A stretch of 62,962 nt of DNA, filler included, from Rhabdomonas costata (lineage: Eukaryota), in NCBI GenBank assembly GCA_019059605.1. It is 52 parts of 52 records of this genome, joined end to end, with 100 filler letters (N's around TTAATTAATTAA, not from the genome) between each part and the next. Parts side by side here need not be neighbours in the genome. Positions count along the whole stretch, not along the records: positions 47,306 to 48,417 come from JAHMHO010027993.1; positions 48,518 to 49,630 come from JAHMHO010027994.1; positions 49,731 to 50,842 come from JAHMHO010027995.1; positions 50,943 to 52,054 come from JAHMHO010027996.1; positions 52,155 to 53,266 come from JAHMHO010027997.1; positions 53,367 to 54,480 come from JAHMHO010027998.1; positions 54,581 to 55,692 come from JAHMHO010027999.1; positions 55,793 to 56,904 come from JAHMHO010028000.1; 44 more parts are not named here. One strand, 5' to 3'. Positions 48,081-59,892 of this stretch are shown here, in pieces. The notes beneath the pieces were generated by a model. The model was not told the DNA's origin. It made no database searches and saw nothing but the letters and a program-made list of their open reading frames with translations. Both the position numbers and the translations under genes were made by a program. How positions within the stretch are numbered: the stretch's first letter is position 1; every line of letters begins with the position of its first letter.

Positions 48081-49902
48081 CTGTGCCAAGTGAGTGGTGG
48101 TCGCATTACGCAGGCAGCAAACGAAACGATGCACAATGCGGAAACAGTTCCATAGGAATCCATCAGCAACAGGACTAGTAAAGCGGTGAAACAACGGCCG
48201 AAGCCCAATGGAAAAAAGTTAGACCTTAAAAACAAACGACAGCGCAGAGTAGAGGCAGAGGCAGACTTGCTCCACCTACAGTTCTTTTACTGTCGTGGTT
48301 GCTCTAATGTCTCACTCAAGGGGGCGCGAGGCGAGAACAATAGAACAAAAGGGACTTTTTCAGCAAAACACAAAACCTGCGCCCACGGCTGCCAAGAAAA
48401 AGTCCCGCATACAAACCNNNNNNNNNNNNNNNNNNNNNNNNNNNNNNNNNNNNNNNNNNNNTTAATTAATTAANNNNNNNNNNNNNNNNNNNNNNNNNNN
48501 NNNNNNNNNNNNNNNNNGTCAACCATTCCACTCAAATCTCATATATCGACCACTCTCTCTACTCCGTCGAAAATGACTCTGAAATTTCTCACGACTGCAC
48601 ACACCAACGTGTTTTTAATCTTTTTATCCACTCGAAGACACTCCTACGTGTCCTGAGCCGGACACCTACCCTAAGAGGTCCGCAGATGGTCCCAAAACGC
48701 GCAAACCAAACCAAATCCTGCTTTGATATAAGAAAGGCGGAGAGGGCACCTCTTCTCCTGGGACGCACTCCGTTTGATTCGGTAGGTTTTTCCTTTTTTA
48801 GCTCCTCGCAAGTTTCCGGGTCTTCTTGATGTCTTTGCTTTTCGGAGGCCTTTCTTGATGGGCTTCTTCGTCTCGCTTGCCGGCCGTCGTTTTTATTTCG
48901 GTATCCGCAAAAAAAAACTAGACAAAACTCTCCTCCGAACCGCGCTCTTTCATGCCCGCACACCTGTTGATCTCACCCGCGGCCTTCTTTTGGGTCATCC
49001 GCTTTTAAAATTCACGCCGTCCCTTGCTGCACGCTTCTTTGCTAGCTGCCTTTGCCGCCCTTCCGACTCCTCTCACTCTTTCTCTCCACTCCCTCTCCAA
49101 CGACAAGCTCTAGTGAAAATAACCCCAATACGGAACCGCTCAAAACCACTTTGTAACATACGGCCTACAAACATCAACCCATTGGGATTGGTTTTTTCCT
49201 TGATTCCGTAACTCTTTTTTTGTTACTAGGCGTTGGCCTCGTCAGATTTCGCGTTGTCTCACCTAACTTTACTAAATCCAACTGGTTACCCAAGCCCAGG
49301 ATGTTGACAAGTCAAGTATTTCTCTTTTTGATGCTTTGTGGAGTCCCCCAGGCTCACCCATCTAGACTTCACGTGCGGGCCTGGGAGGCGTGCAGGGCGT
49401 CCGGGCTCCGTCAACCACCTGGTCACGCACTGCGAACATCCTCTTCGTATCGCATTGATAAGAGTTGCGCGTGCGCTGGCTGTGCTGGTGGCAGTAGCGG
49501 CAGCCCCAGAACTCGTCCTACAGCAGCGACGGTATCTGCCCTTGTGGCAGTTGCAGGCAGGCAGTGCACAGTGGTTGAAGCGTGTCAGCGGGATGCTGGG
49601 GCTGTGAGGAGTGTGACATGACCAACTGCTNNNNNNNNNNNNNNNNNNNNNNNNNNNNNNNNNNNNNNNNNNNNTTAATTAATTAANNNNNNNNNNNNNN
49701 NNNNNNNNNNNNNNNNNNNNNNNNNNNNNNGTGGGTGGTGGGAGGTTCTGTCGATCTTTCCCCCTGACTTAGTAGTCTTTTCATGTTTATTGTTCTCATT
49801 TCTCGTTCTTTCTTGCTTATCCCTCCCTCCCTCTCATCTCTGTATGTCTGTTTCAATTAAAAGAAGGCGTTTTTATGCTTGTTTCACGCTGATGTTCTTC
49901 AG

Positions 49903-50436
49903 GTGGAGTCTGTGCGGCGACTTGTGGAAGCATTAAGGCTGTACACGGAAAGTAAGCATCCCGCTATCTGGGAGGAGGTAGGCACAGCTGCGCCGTTGCT
50001 TTCTCTCGGGAAATTTCCGGAAAGGTTTCATCAAAGTGAGCTGGACGGCCATTGCTGCGTTTGTTGAGCTTGGGCGGGTGATTCGAGTAGCTCGTATCCA
50101 GCGACGTCGCCGTTGGTTCGCAGGAATTTTTTCAGAGCAGCTGCGCTGCCTTCCCATCTGGGTAAAGCGAATTTTTAGTTGCTCGGACAGTTTTCGCTGA
50201 GCGATGGTTGGGGGGCTGCTGTGGGATTTTTTTTTGGGGGGAGGTGCCCTATATTTAACGCCCGGACACTCCTGAACCGAAGTGCTTGCCTCCCCGGTGT
50301 CTCCTTTCTCTGCGTATGACCTTTATCCTGGCAGAACGTGCCCCAGGCCAGTGCGGCTGCTCTGGCGTGCTTCACGGACTCACCCAGCAGGGCAAAAACC
50401 GTCGTGCACCTCCTCGAGCATGCTTGGGCTACTCTG
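49903..50436 (+). CDS. Two exons of an alpha-helical protein of unknown family (49903-49977, 50335-50436)
   Basis: Phase-0 GT-AG join: VESVRRLVEALRLYTESKHPAIWEE|NVPQASAAALACFTDSPSRAKTVVHLLEHAWATL. Confidence 0.55.
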
Positions 50437-50987
50437 GTCTGGCAGTGGTGGGGAAGGGAAGAGGGTCTCTTGCGGATGTGTCTGCACATTCGCGCATGAA
50501 GCTCACTCAACCATGATATTGTCACAAGAGACCAGCGCGAACAGTTCACAACACATCCACACCCGCATCTTGGGCTGATTCAAAGTCTGCATGCCAACCC
50601 CGAGAGTGCGATCCCACCAGACTCCATCGCAACTTCACTTTCATTGCATATCTTGTGCGCATTCACAGATGGCTTTTCTTTCTTCCACGCATAAGGAAGA
50701 ACGAGACCGGGCATGATATTTGGTTTACGGTCTATGGTAACGGTTGCTTGTTTCCTCCTCTCCTCCTCTCCTCCTCACTCGCACCCCATCACACATCCGC
50801 ACATGTCACACGCGTAAGCAAGAAAACATTCCGTTTCTGAGGNNNNNNNNNNNNNNNNNNNNNNNNNNNNNNNNNNNNNNNNNNNNTTAATTAATTAANN
50901 NNNNNNNNNNNNNNNNNNNNNNNNNNNNNNNNNNNNNNNNNNGCTGTACTGCGGTGGTGGTGGTGGTGGCCGCTGCCGCGGTGGCAC

Positions 50988-51861
50988 TTTGAGATTCCAG
51001 CCGGCCGAAGGACTCCGTGGAGCCGGAGCGAGCGGACCGCGGGAGGCCAGCAACGGCCGAGGAGCATGCTGCGCGCTGGGTGGCGGTGTCGAGCATCTGC
51101 CGGATGAACGCCTCAGGCTGCGGGGGCTTGCGTCCCGGGAAGAGCCCCAGGTAGGCCTGCAGAGCCTCGGCAGACTCGGAGTAGTTTCCTGCAAAAAGAC
51201 GGGAAGCAAAGGTGTGAAGAGGGAGAAGTCAGGGCATCCACTGGTGTGGGTCACTTTTCCACACAAGGTTCTGCGATGATCTCTTCGTTTCCGCTTCGAA
51301 GGTAAGTTTGGCTTCCGTCTGCGTGCGTGTCTGTATCGGGGGTAACGAAGGAGAGCGGAGAGCAGGAAGGACGATAGAAGGCAATCGGGATGACGATGTG
51401 TGCCTCATCGTTGGTGGGGGGAGAAGGAGGATGGGCTACGCGAAATTAAGTTGCTTCTGGGTCACTGGGTCAATGATGATTGACAGCAGTGATCGTCTCC
51501 CTTCGTTTCCCTTCACAGCCAGCAGAATTTCCTGCTGATTCCCGGAGCCGCCAGCCTCCCTCGAAGACGACACAAATAGATACCCTGAAAAGAGCAGATT
51601 TCGACCCCGTCGGTCGCAAAGAGAAAGAGAGAGAGAGAGCAATTCATGCAGGTGCCTAAAAGGGTGTCCCTGCCCACACCTGCCGCCATTGGCGCGTGTG
51701 GCGACGGACTGTAACTGCACGCCACACCCACACTCTAACTCCCGCCCCAAACCCGTATAAACGCATCACACCTTTGAAGAAGGTTGCCACGCAGATCTCC
51801 CACTGCTTGCGCTGGTGCGTCTCTTTGGAGGTGCTGTCCTGGAAGGCGTACAGCCACTCCC
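50988..51861 (-). CDS. C-terminal helical tail probably of a cyclase-like protein (exons 51861-51772, 51188-~50988)
   Basis: A phase-1 join gives GEWLYAFQ...WEICVATFFKGNYSESAEALQAYL, a TPR-like helix pair of the kind following cyclase domains. The family link is inference. Confidence 0.5.
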
Positions 51862-52869
51862 CTGCAAAAGAAATATTCATCAACACAAAAGAACAAATCA
51901 CCATTGTGTATGCCTCACTTGGCTCCTCTCCCAGACCCTCCAGTCTCCCAGCCCTCCGACGGAATCTCCCCCTGGAAATGGCGACTGACGCCACACTCTC
52001 GAACCACCCTCTCCCCGACCGCTTCGTTACAACAAACGGCCGCACCACCACCCCNNNNNNNNNNNNNNNNNNNNNNNNNNNNNNNNNNNNNNNNNNNNTT
52101 AATTAATTAANNNNNNNNNNNNNNNNNNNNNNNNNNNNNNNNNNNNNNNNNNNNGGGGTTTGGGCTTTTGTGATTCGTGCTTTCTTTTCGGCATCTGAAA
52201 AATGGGATCTCTGGAATGCAAAAAAGGAATATGGAAAAGACAAGTACCGCGCAGAGACAATATACCGCTCAGAGAGCATTTGCAGTCTTTACTGCTCCAC
52301 GCATCCTGCTAACGCGAGGGACCAATACCCGAGGCTTGCTGCTTGACGGGAATCCCTCCTTCAGTTTTTTCCCCTTGCACGCGTCTCTGCTTGTGCAGGA
52401 AACGTCCTCAATTCTCCCAGTAGTCACCCAAAAGGCAACCTCGCGAGAATGTCAAGAAAATCAATGCAACCGTCCACGCTGTATCTTTCATTACCACAAC
52501 TGGTGCCTGTGGGGTCTACAATCGCCACCCCTTTCCCCTGACTTAGCAATGTCACAGGGCAAAGAAATAAAAGTGCTCTTTGTGCCTCGTTCTTTACAAC
52601 AGTCGCCAACAAGCAAGTGAACTTACCGAAACAGAACCTGCAGCCTGAAAGCAACTTAGCTGAGCGCAACGACGCGGGATGCGTTCCCGCCTAGCCTTCG
52701 CTCACACCGTTCACACCGTCCTACAACTTCACCAATGCAGAAAACACCCGCAACGGACCTTCGGACAAGTCCAGATTCACACTACGCCTTCCTAGGCCAG
52801 GGCAGTCACCGATCACGACGGCGGCAGGCAACCTCAGCGACAGCCGTTCGGAGCCATGCCATCGACAGT

Positions 52870-53160
52870 GGAGATTCCGGAGCACCTCTTCTTCGGGGCC
52901 ACAGCAGATGGCCTCCCAAACAGGAAGCCCTCGCGCTTTTAGTGTTGAGGAAAACCGCAGCCCTCTGCATCAAACCAGGTGTGGCGAGTGCCACGGTGCA
53001 GGGTGGGCAGCTCACAGGCCACCCTCAGCCACCGCTCCGGGGGCACAGTGATCTCCATCCACAGCGTCTTGAAGGCCTGCTCCATCCAGGAAAAGCGGTA
53101 GATCCCCTCCATCATGTCGATCGCGGCAAGGAACTCAAAGTATCCCGCCGACCGGAACAC
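52870..53160 (-). mobile_element. Decayed reverse transcriptase, probably DIRS/Ngaro-like
   Basis: FLAAIDMMEGIYRF (cf. motif A, K.DL.DAFY), then frameshifted ALATPGLMQRAAVFL (cf. motif B tail) and RASCLGGHLL (cf. YLDD.L), in the correct order. Confidence 0.45.
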
Positions 53161-53389
53161 CGACGCGGCGTAAAGCTCAACACAGCCCGCAAACAGCCGA
53201 AGGTTCCACTTCCTAATTTGGCAACCAATTCAAATTTGCGAACGCTTACTACCCCCCCACCCCCCCNNNNNNNNNNNNNNNNNNNNNNNNNNNNNNNNNN
53301 NNNNNNNNNNTTAATTAATTAANNNNNNNNNNNNNNNNNNNNNNNNNNNNNNNNNNNNNNNNNNNNGTGTTGGGTGTGGTTGGTGGGGT

Positions 53390-54422
53390 GGGTTGCTGCA
53401 CGCAGACCTCCACCGGGCGGGGCAGGGTGCGCTGCACCACCCTCGTGACGGGGTATGGCACAGGCACATCGACCATCTGCATCGGACAAAATGCAAAGAG
53501 CGCTGGGGAGCGGGGGACGGGTTTTGCGAGGAAGTGAATGTGTGGAAGGACATTGGGCGAGGGAGATTACTGCACTGGTGCCAGCTAAAGATCTATATAT
53601 GGCCATTTGGCAGTGCACGTGCTACATGAAAGCAGCGTTAGAAGAGAGGACGCTGTAAGCTGCTATCCGGAATCTCACCCATTCCCCACACAATGCCAAG
53701 CATGCACCACAGGATCAAATGCTCGCCATTCTTGAATGAGTCTGGTTTGGGTTGAAATCCCGTCAACGTGAAAGGGTGCTTCGGGCTATTGGTTTACATG
53801 CAGTGCACCTGGGCTGGGCAGCCCCTCAATGACAACCACCGCCTTTCACGCTCAGCCAATTTGGGAGCCACCGAACACCACATAAAAGTTGGCCTTAGAG
53901 CCTTAGATTGACCGCTAATAACCCTAAGGCTGCAATCACCCTTCCCCTCCTCCAAAGAGGTGCCATATACCCTCTGCTGGACTTGCCGTACGGGAACGGG
54001 CACGGGGCGGTCCACATGCATGGGCACCCGCACGTCCCGGTAGCAGGTCACCGGGACATCCACACACTGCGGCACGGGCACCGTGCGGCAGACCTCGTAC
54101 GGGGTGCAGATCTGCATGCGCAACCCCACCACTGTTCACGCTCACCACCGATAGCCATGGATGGGGAAAAGCAGATGTACGCCAAGCGTCCATCGAACTA
54201 CAAGGGCAATTTTACCCGTTTAACCTTCACGTTTCAAAAACGCTCCACACAACAAGAACGTGTTCACCTAAATTCGGAACCCTTCGCCTTCAGACGGACT
54301 GCTTCACGCAAGCACGCACAAAGTAAAAGAGGCTTGCACAGGCTGAGCGGGGAGGAGGGTGAGGAACGCACGTCCTGGTGCCGCACGGTCTGCACTTGCT
54401 GCACCACATCGACGTAGTTCAC
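53390..54422 (-). CDS. Articulin-like pellicle (epiplasm) protein, three exons (54422-54372, 54111-53971, 53476-~53390)
   Basis: Phase-0 GT-AG joins give VNYVDVVQQVQTVRHQD|ICTPYEVCRTVPVPQCVDVPVTCYRDVRVPMHVDRPVPVPVRQVQQR|MVDVPVPYPVTRVVQRTLPRPVEV, i.e. VPV repeats typical of articulins. Confidence 0.85.
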
Positions 54423-57400
54423 TGTGGTGCAGCAAGTGCAGACCGTGCGGCACCAGGACGTGCGTTCCTCACCCCCCCCCNNNNNNNNNNNNNNNNNNNN
54501 NNNNNNNNNNNNNNNNNNNNNNNNTTAATTAATTAANNNNNNNNNNNNNNNNNNNNNNNNNNNNNNNNNNNNNNNNNNNNGGGGGGGTGGTAAATGGGCG
54601 GGGACGTATCTCTGGGCTTCATTGCCACCGAAGGCGATGATTGCCGTAAGGAGATTGCCGTACAAAAGGGACTGAATTATTTTCGGTGCGGAGGCAAGTC
54701 TGCGGCGCGGTCGAAGCGCGGCCGAAGCGGCGGAGTGCGTGGGCGGGGAATTTCCCCTGGGCTTCGTTGCAGGCTGGACTCTGATATTGGTTCACGAACG
54801 TGAACCAGCTGGTTCATGAACGTGAACCACAGGGGTGGTTCACGGGGGGAGGGGGGTCGAGTTTCAGCCTCGCACCGAAAAAAGCCACTGGCGAGGAGAA
54901 TTATCTACCAGTAATGGAATTTTGAACGGCAGGTTCCACAAGGTTCATAAGAAAGATAGCATCACTTTTACATTGAACACAACAATGAACACAGACCGAG
55001 ACTGAGAGTTGGAGGCACCTGCAGAAGAAAATCGCCGATTTGGAAATCTCTTCCAAGCGAGGAGTTGGAAAGGGCAGGTTGGGGTCCACGATGCTCAGAA
55101 AGTGGGTGAGGTGGTGGAGTAAGGACATGCCCCTTCAAAGAAAAAGTATTCCTAACGCAAAAAAGAAAAACCGCAAGAAGGTTTAGTGGCACCGTTTTAC
55201 CCCTGGAAGCCATCGCCCAAAAAGAACGGAGGCGAGCGGGGGGAAGAGGTTTGGAGTGCGACGAGTGCTTCCAGACAGGGAATAACTTTCTTAGAACGAT
55301 TTTTAGAACGCGCAAGTGACAAAAAAAGCGATTCCAAAACGTCCGTTTGGGTGTCAGGCGTGTGAAGGAGAAAGAATGGCGCCTCACAAAGGAAAGGAAT
55401 CAGGAAACATGCCAAAACGAGGTGCTAGCCAGGACAGCTTTGGGGAGCTTTAGTGTGTGCAATCCATCTCGCTGCAGCAGGGTGGAAATCTGAGACGGAG
55501 AAAACGGGGAACTTACAATGTGAGAGGAAAATTTTCCCAGACGGCATCAAGGGAAGTCACATTGTCCAGCATCCGGCGCACACAACAGCACCACAGTTAC
55601 AATGAGGAGAGCGGGAGAGTACGGCAGAGCAGCGCAATGAGGGGAGGCATGTGGGGCAGGCGTAAATCCAAAACTTCCGGCGCAAAAACACANNNNNNNN
55701 NNNNNNNNNNNNNNNNNNNNNNNNNNNNNNNNNNNNTTAATTAATTAANNNNNNNNNNNNNNNNNNNNNNNNNNNNNNNNNNNNNNNNNNNNGGTGTGGT
55801 TGTGTATTTATGCACTTTTCGCGCCATGGGGCATTGCCATCACAACGCAAAAATGCCCTTCACAAACTGTAACTGGTGAACTTGCATAAAATGTAGGCGA
55901 GCGCCGCTTACTTATTCAATTATTCAGGGTTGCTGCTGTTGGAGACTGCTTTTTCTCCACTCATCTCCACACTACATTTTTCTCAAAGTGGCGAACCCAT
56001 TGGGGTGGCATCTCCATCCGGTTTGCATTTAATTGCTTGTTGTCGCCACTTCCAGGGCTCTAACAAAACCTGATTGAAACGAACCCGTTTTTTGTTTGCT
56101 CAGGTTGGTGCTTTTAATATTATTATTTTATTTCTCAAAAACTTCCGTTTCACCCCAGAGTAAGAAAGAAAAAACCACATGCACCAGTGTGCAGTGCACA
56201 GCCGAAAGGCAGTATCGTCTGCAAACCTCTGGGACTCCACAGCTTGCACATGTCCAGATTTACCTTGAGACTGAGAAGGCGGAAAGAGGACTAAAGGCTC
56301 TCTCTAGCTCTCTAGCCGAAAGCGTCGTTGTGGTTCGAGTCTGCGGTGAACGAGGAGTGCAGGGCTTCAAGCACGGGCTGGAGTGCAAAGAAGGCCGGAC
56401 GCAGGGGTTCACCTAGTTAAGTTGTTTGCTCCGACCAGAGACGTTATCCCCGCAGACGAGAGTCCCGCGTTACCGCACCGCTTTATCCAATTCAGAGGGA
56501 GGCTGGGTGTGGGTATGACAGAGATTTGAACATTTGCTCCGATCTGTGAACTTCTCTCGGATTATGCTGTATTTTCGTCCCAGAGTTTTTTCTTAAGTTT
56601 GCGTTTTCAGCTTCTGGACCTTCTGCCTCTTCGTCTGCCGAGCCTAAGGTTGAGGTCTTTATCAACGAGACCGACCAAGAGCGCTCTGCCTACGTTGTTT
56701 ATCAAGGTACGAGTTGTCAAAAAAAATTGGAATCGTTCTGACAACGAATAAATACGGATGAAATACGGATGAACAACATTTCTTTTCTTTTTCATTCGCT
56801 TGGGAGCAGGGGTCAAACCTTCGCCCCCGACCTTCCATTCATTAATTGCTCAGTTTTTGTATCTAAGAAGGCGTCCCGCAGTGGTAAGGTGAAACACCAC
56901 ACACNNNNNNNNNNNNNNNNNNNNNNNNNNNNNNNNNNNNNNNNNNNNTTAATTAATTAANNNNNNNNNNNNNNNNNNNNNNNNNNNNNNNNNNNNNNNN
57001 NNNNGTGGTGGGTGTGTTTGGTTTGGGTGTGTGACTTTTTCGCTGCTGTCATCTCAAGTTTCGCCACTGGACGAATCTCCGGTCGTCAATCGTGCGCGTC
57101 GAGGCAACTTATGTCCCAACCAATTACCTCTGCTGACTCCTATGTTTCATATGATTCACAGGGGAAGTCCTGGTTGGGGTGGGACCAGTGATGCCTTCAC
57201 TTGTACGCCTGACTGAGGCATTCGTGGTACCTGAAGCTTCAGTTCTCCTTAACTCAAGAGCATTTCATGGATTACTTGATGTTGGCACCGAAGTGGATTT
57301 CCTGATTTTTTTTGTTTTGAAGGCTCTCCGAATTTCTTTTATGGGCCTTTAATTTAAGGTGCTTTTGGGACTTTTTTTTTGGAGTCAGCTATATTTCAGA

Positions 57401-57654
57401 TAGACGTTTACCTGGCATTGCTATGATACATGAACCCCCTCCAGCATAGAGAAGGGGGGTGAAGTCCCAGGTGACAGTGCATCGCCCTCCACCCTCCTAG
57501 ACTGGCGACAAAACAAGGGCTTCCGAGCAACAGTTAAGTTTTTGTACTGTTTTTTTTGCAAGCCGTGTGGTGGAGTGCCAGCGCTTTGGCTGTTTCGTTA
57601 TTGGCTGCTGGGCCGACATTCGAGTCTTGCAAATGGTCGATTTGCATCACACAG

Positions 57655-57780
57655 GCCCTCAGGCGATGCGCAACCAGGAGCTGCTGCGGATGATGCAGCG
57701 CTGGCACAAGGCTATCGCCAGCCTGCACCGCTGCCGCCTACCCGTGATCGGCGCCATCCACAACAAGTGCATCGGAGCAG
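57655..57780 (+). CDS. Crotonase-family exon (enoyl-CoA hydratase / dienoyl-CoA isomerase-like)
   Basis: AIASLHRCRLPVIGAIHNKCIGAG matches the C.KPVIAAIHG.CIGGG motif. CAG| and |GT boundaries. Confidence 0.9.
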
Positions 57781-58561
57781 GTTGCCAGGCCGCCCCCCTC
57801 CCCCAGACACACGCATGCACACAGAGATGAACATCGTTTGCGCCACTGATTGTCTACTTCTGCCAGTTTTGTCGAGATGTCAGGGGCGGGTCTGTAGTGA
57901 ATTCAGAAGCAGGTCCACGATTGTTTTTATGCCCATGGTGTTCTTATGGTTCTTATGGTGTTCTTAAGACCCGGATTTTCTTTTGTTTCCTCTCTGTTAA
58001 CTTGTGTGGAAGATTTGGCTTCTGTCTTCTATATAGTATTTGGACCGCTTCTTGCCCGCCCCCCGCCCCCTTCCCAACAGACAATTGCTTTTTTGCTTTT
58101 TTATTGCCCACAAACANNNNNNNNNNNNNNNNNNNNNNNNNNNNNNNNNNNNNNNNNNNNTTAATTAATTAANNNNNNNNNNNNNNNNNNNNNNNNNNNN
58201 NNNNNNNNNNNNNNNNGTGGTTTGTTTTCGGTCTTTTTTTCTGACGAATACAAATTTCAGTTGAGAACTGCACACAGTGCCCTTTGTTTTGTTTCATCGT
58301 TTGCACTGGTTTTCCATTCTGTTTCTTCTTCGCGTTTGTTGATCCCCCTCTGATCTCTTACGTTCCTTCTTGTAAATTGTTTGTTTTTTTGGAGATGCTT
58401 CAAGTACTGCTGTGCACTGTCACCAAGTTGCTCTTATTGAAAAGGAAATAGTTGCAATTGTGTGGGTTTGATGTAATGCCCTTTCCTTTTGTCTCTTCTC
58501 TCTGTTTTTCTCGTTCCTTCCTGCTGTGTGGGACCTCGCGTTCGAGTTCGAGCACTCACAG

Positions 58562-59043
58562 CATCTCCATATGTGGCCGTGCCTCACCTCATCCAGGGTC
58601 CGCCTGCCTCGCCCCCCAGAGCCCCCATGGCGGTCCAATATCCAGTGAGCTCCCAGAGCTCCCGCCGGATCACAACATCTGCCTCGGACATTTGCCTCCA
58701 GTTCACCCCCTCCTCGCGGGGTGCGGAGTCCTCACTCGACCCCTTCTCAGGCCTTGCAGGTGCGCCTTGTCTGCCTTTTCTTTCTTCCCACATCTCACCA
58801 CGGTGCGCGTTTGTTGTTTTGGAATGCTCACTTTTGCTGTGTTGCTTGTTGAAGAACGACTGAGTTGACTGGCCTGACTGGATCTCGGTGGGTCGGTGGG
58901 GCATAGGTGCGGAGGTCGTTCCCACGGAGGGCTCCTGCTCGGGATGCAACAGTGGCCGGAGGCCTCACCGCGCCACCCCTATACCCGCGACGGGCTCGGG
59001 CCACAGCTCGCCCCTACCCACCCGGCCCACGGTCGATTCCGAG
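58562..59043 (+). CDS. Two exons of a Ser/Pro-rich protein of unknown function (58562-58759, 58907-59043)
   Basis: Phase-1 GT-AG join keeps an open frame. Both blocks are GC-rich relative to their flanks. Confidence 0.55.
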
Positions 59044-59564
59044 GTTTGGCTCTTTATTCCTTTTATCGCACAGATTCGCGATTTTCGGTGCCTTGCAATT
59101 AAAAGCATCGCTGGTGAAATGTTTTTTCTTGGGTTGGGGTATTGTCTTTGTTATATTCCCCAGGGAAATATATACGCGACGCTTTGCAATGGGATGGAGG
59201 GCACTGTGCGCATTTTTTCAGCAAAATAAGGGGCATCGGAGTCACTGAGTGGGTTGTCGTTGTCATTCGTCAGGGTCGAAGCGCCTCCTTCCACAAGAGG
59301 CAGTTCCAGAATCTCGCCACCCCCAACCNNNNNNNNNNNNNNNNNNNNNNNNNNNNNNNNNNNNNNNNNNNNTTAATTAATTAANNNNNNNNNNNNNNNN
59401 NNNNNNNNNNNNNNNNNNNNNNNNNNNNGTGGTGGGTGTGTTTGGGTTTGGTGTGATTTTTTGTTCAGGAGAGGAGTAGACACCTTTCTTCCCTCTTCTT
59501 TCCCTTCTCTTTTGGGTGCACCGTGCCTCCCCAAACACCGCCCTCTCTGGAGGGGGGCCCCATT

Positions 59565-59892
59565 TGCGGTCGATCACCACGGTGGCCGAGGAGAGCACGA
59601 GGGTGGCGTTGGGCAGGGCGCAGTGCAGGGCGCTGTTGAGGTGCAGCGTGCCCCCAGGGGCGGCAGTGAGGTTAGTAAGCTGGGAGTACAGGTAGTGCGG
59701 GGGGGTGACCGAGCAGGAGGGGCTACCGGAGACACACTCTGCATCCAGCAGCCCACACGCAGGCTGCAAAGCCGACAGCACAAGTGCGGAGAGCAGTAGC
59801 AGCAGCGGGGGAAGCGGGGCCCACCCCACTGAGGGGGTACACCGCAGGCAATGGGGTTGAATACTACCACAGTGCATTATTGGGAGACCCAT
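59565..59892 (-). CDS. N-terminal exon of a secreted or surface protein
   Basis: Signal-peptide-like PLLLLLSALVLSALQPACG followed by Cys-containing sequence with N-x-T sequons (NLT, NAT). Confidence 0.55.

Noticed and set aside
54357..54474. Perfect ~52-bp inverted repeat
   Set aside because: It duplicates an articulin exon/intron boundary and interrupts the exon at the contig end, which is strong evidence of a fold-back artefact.
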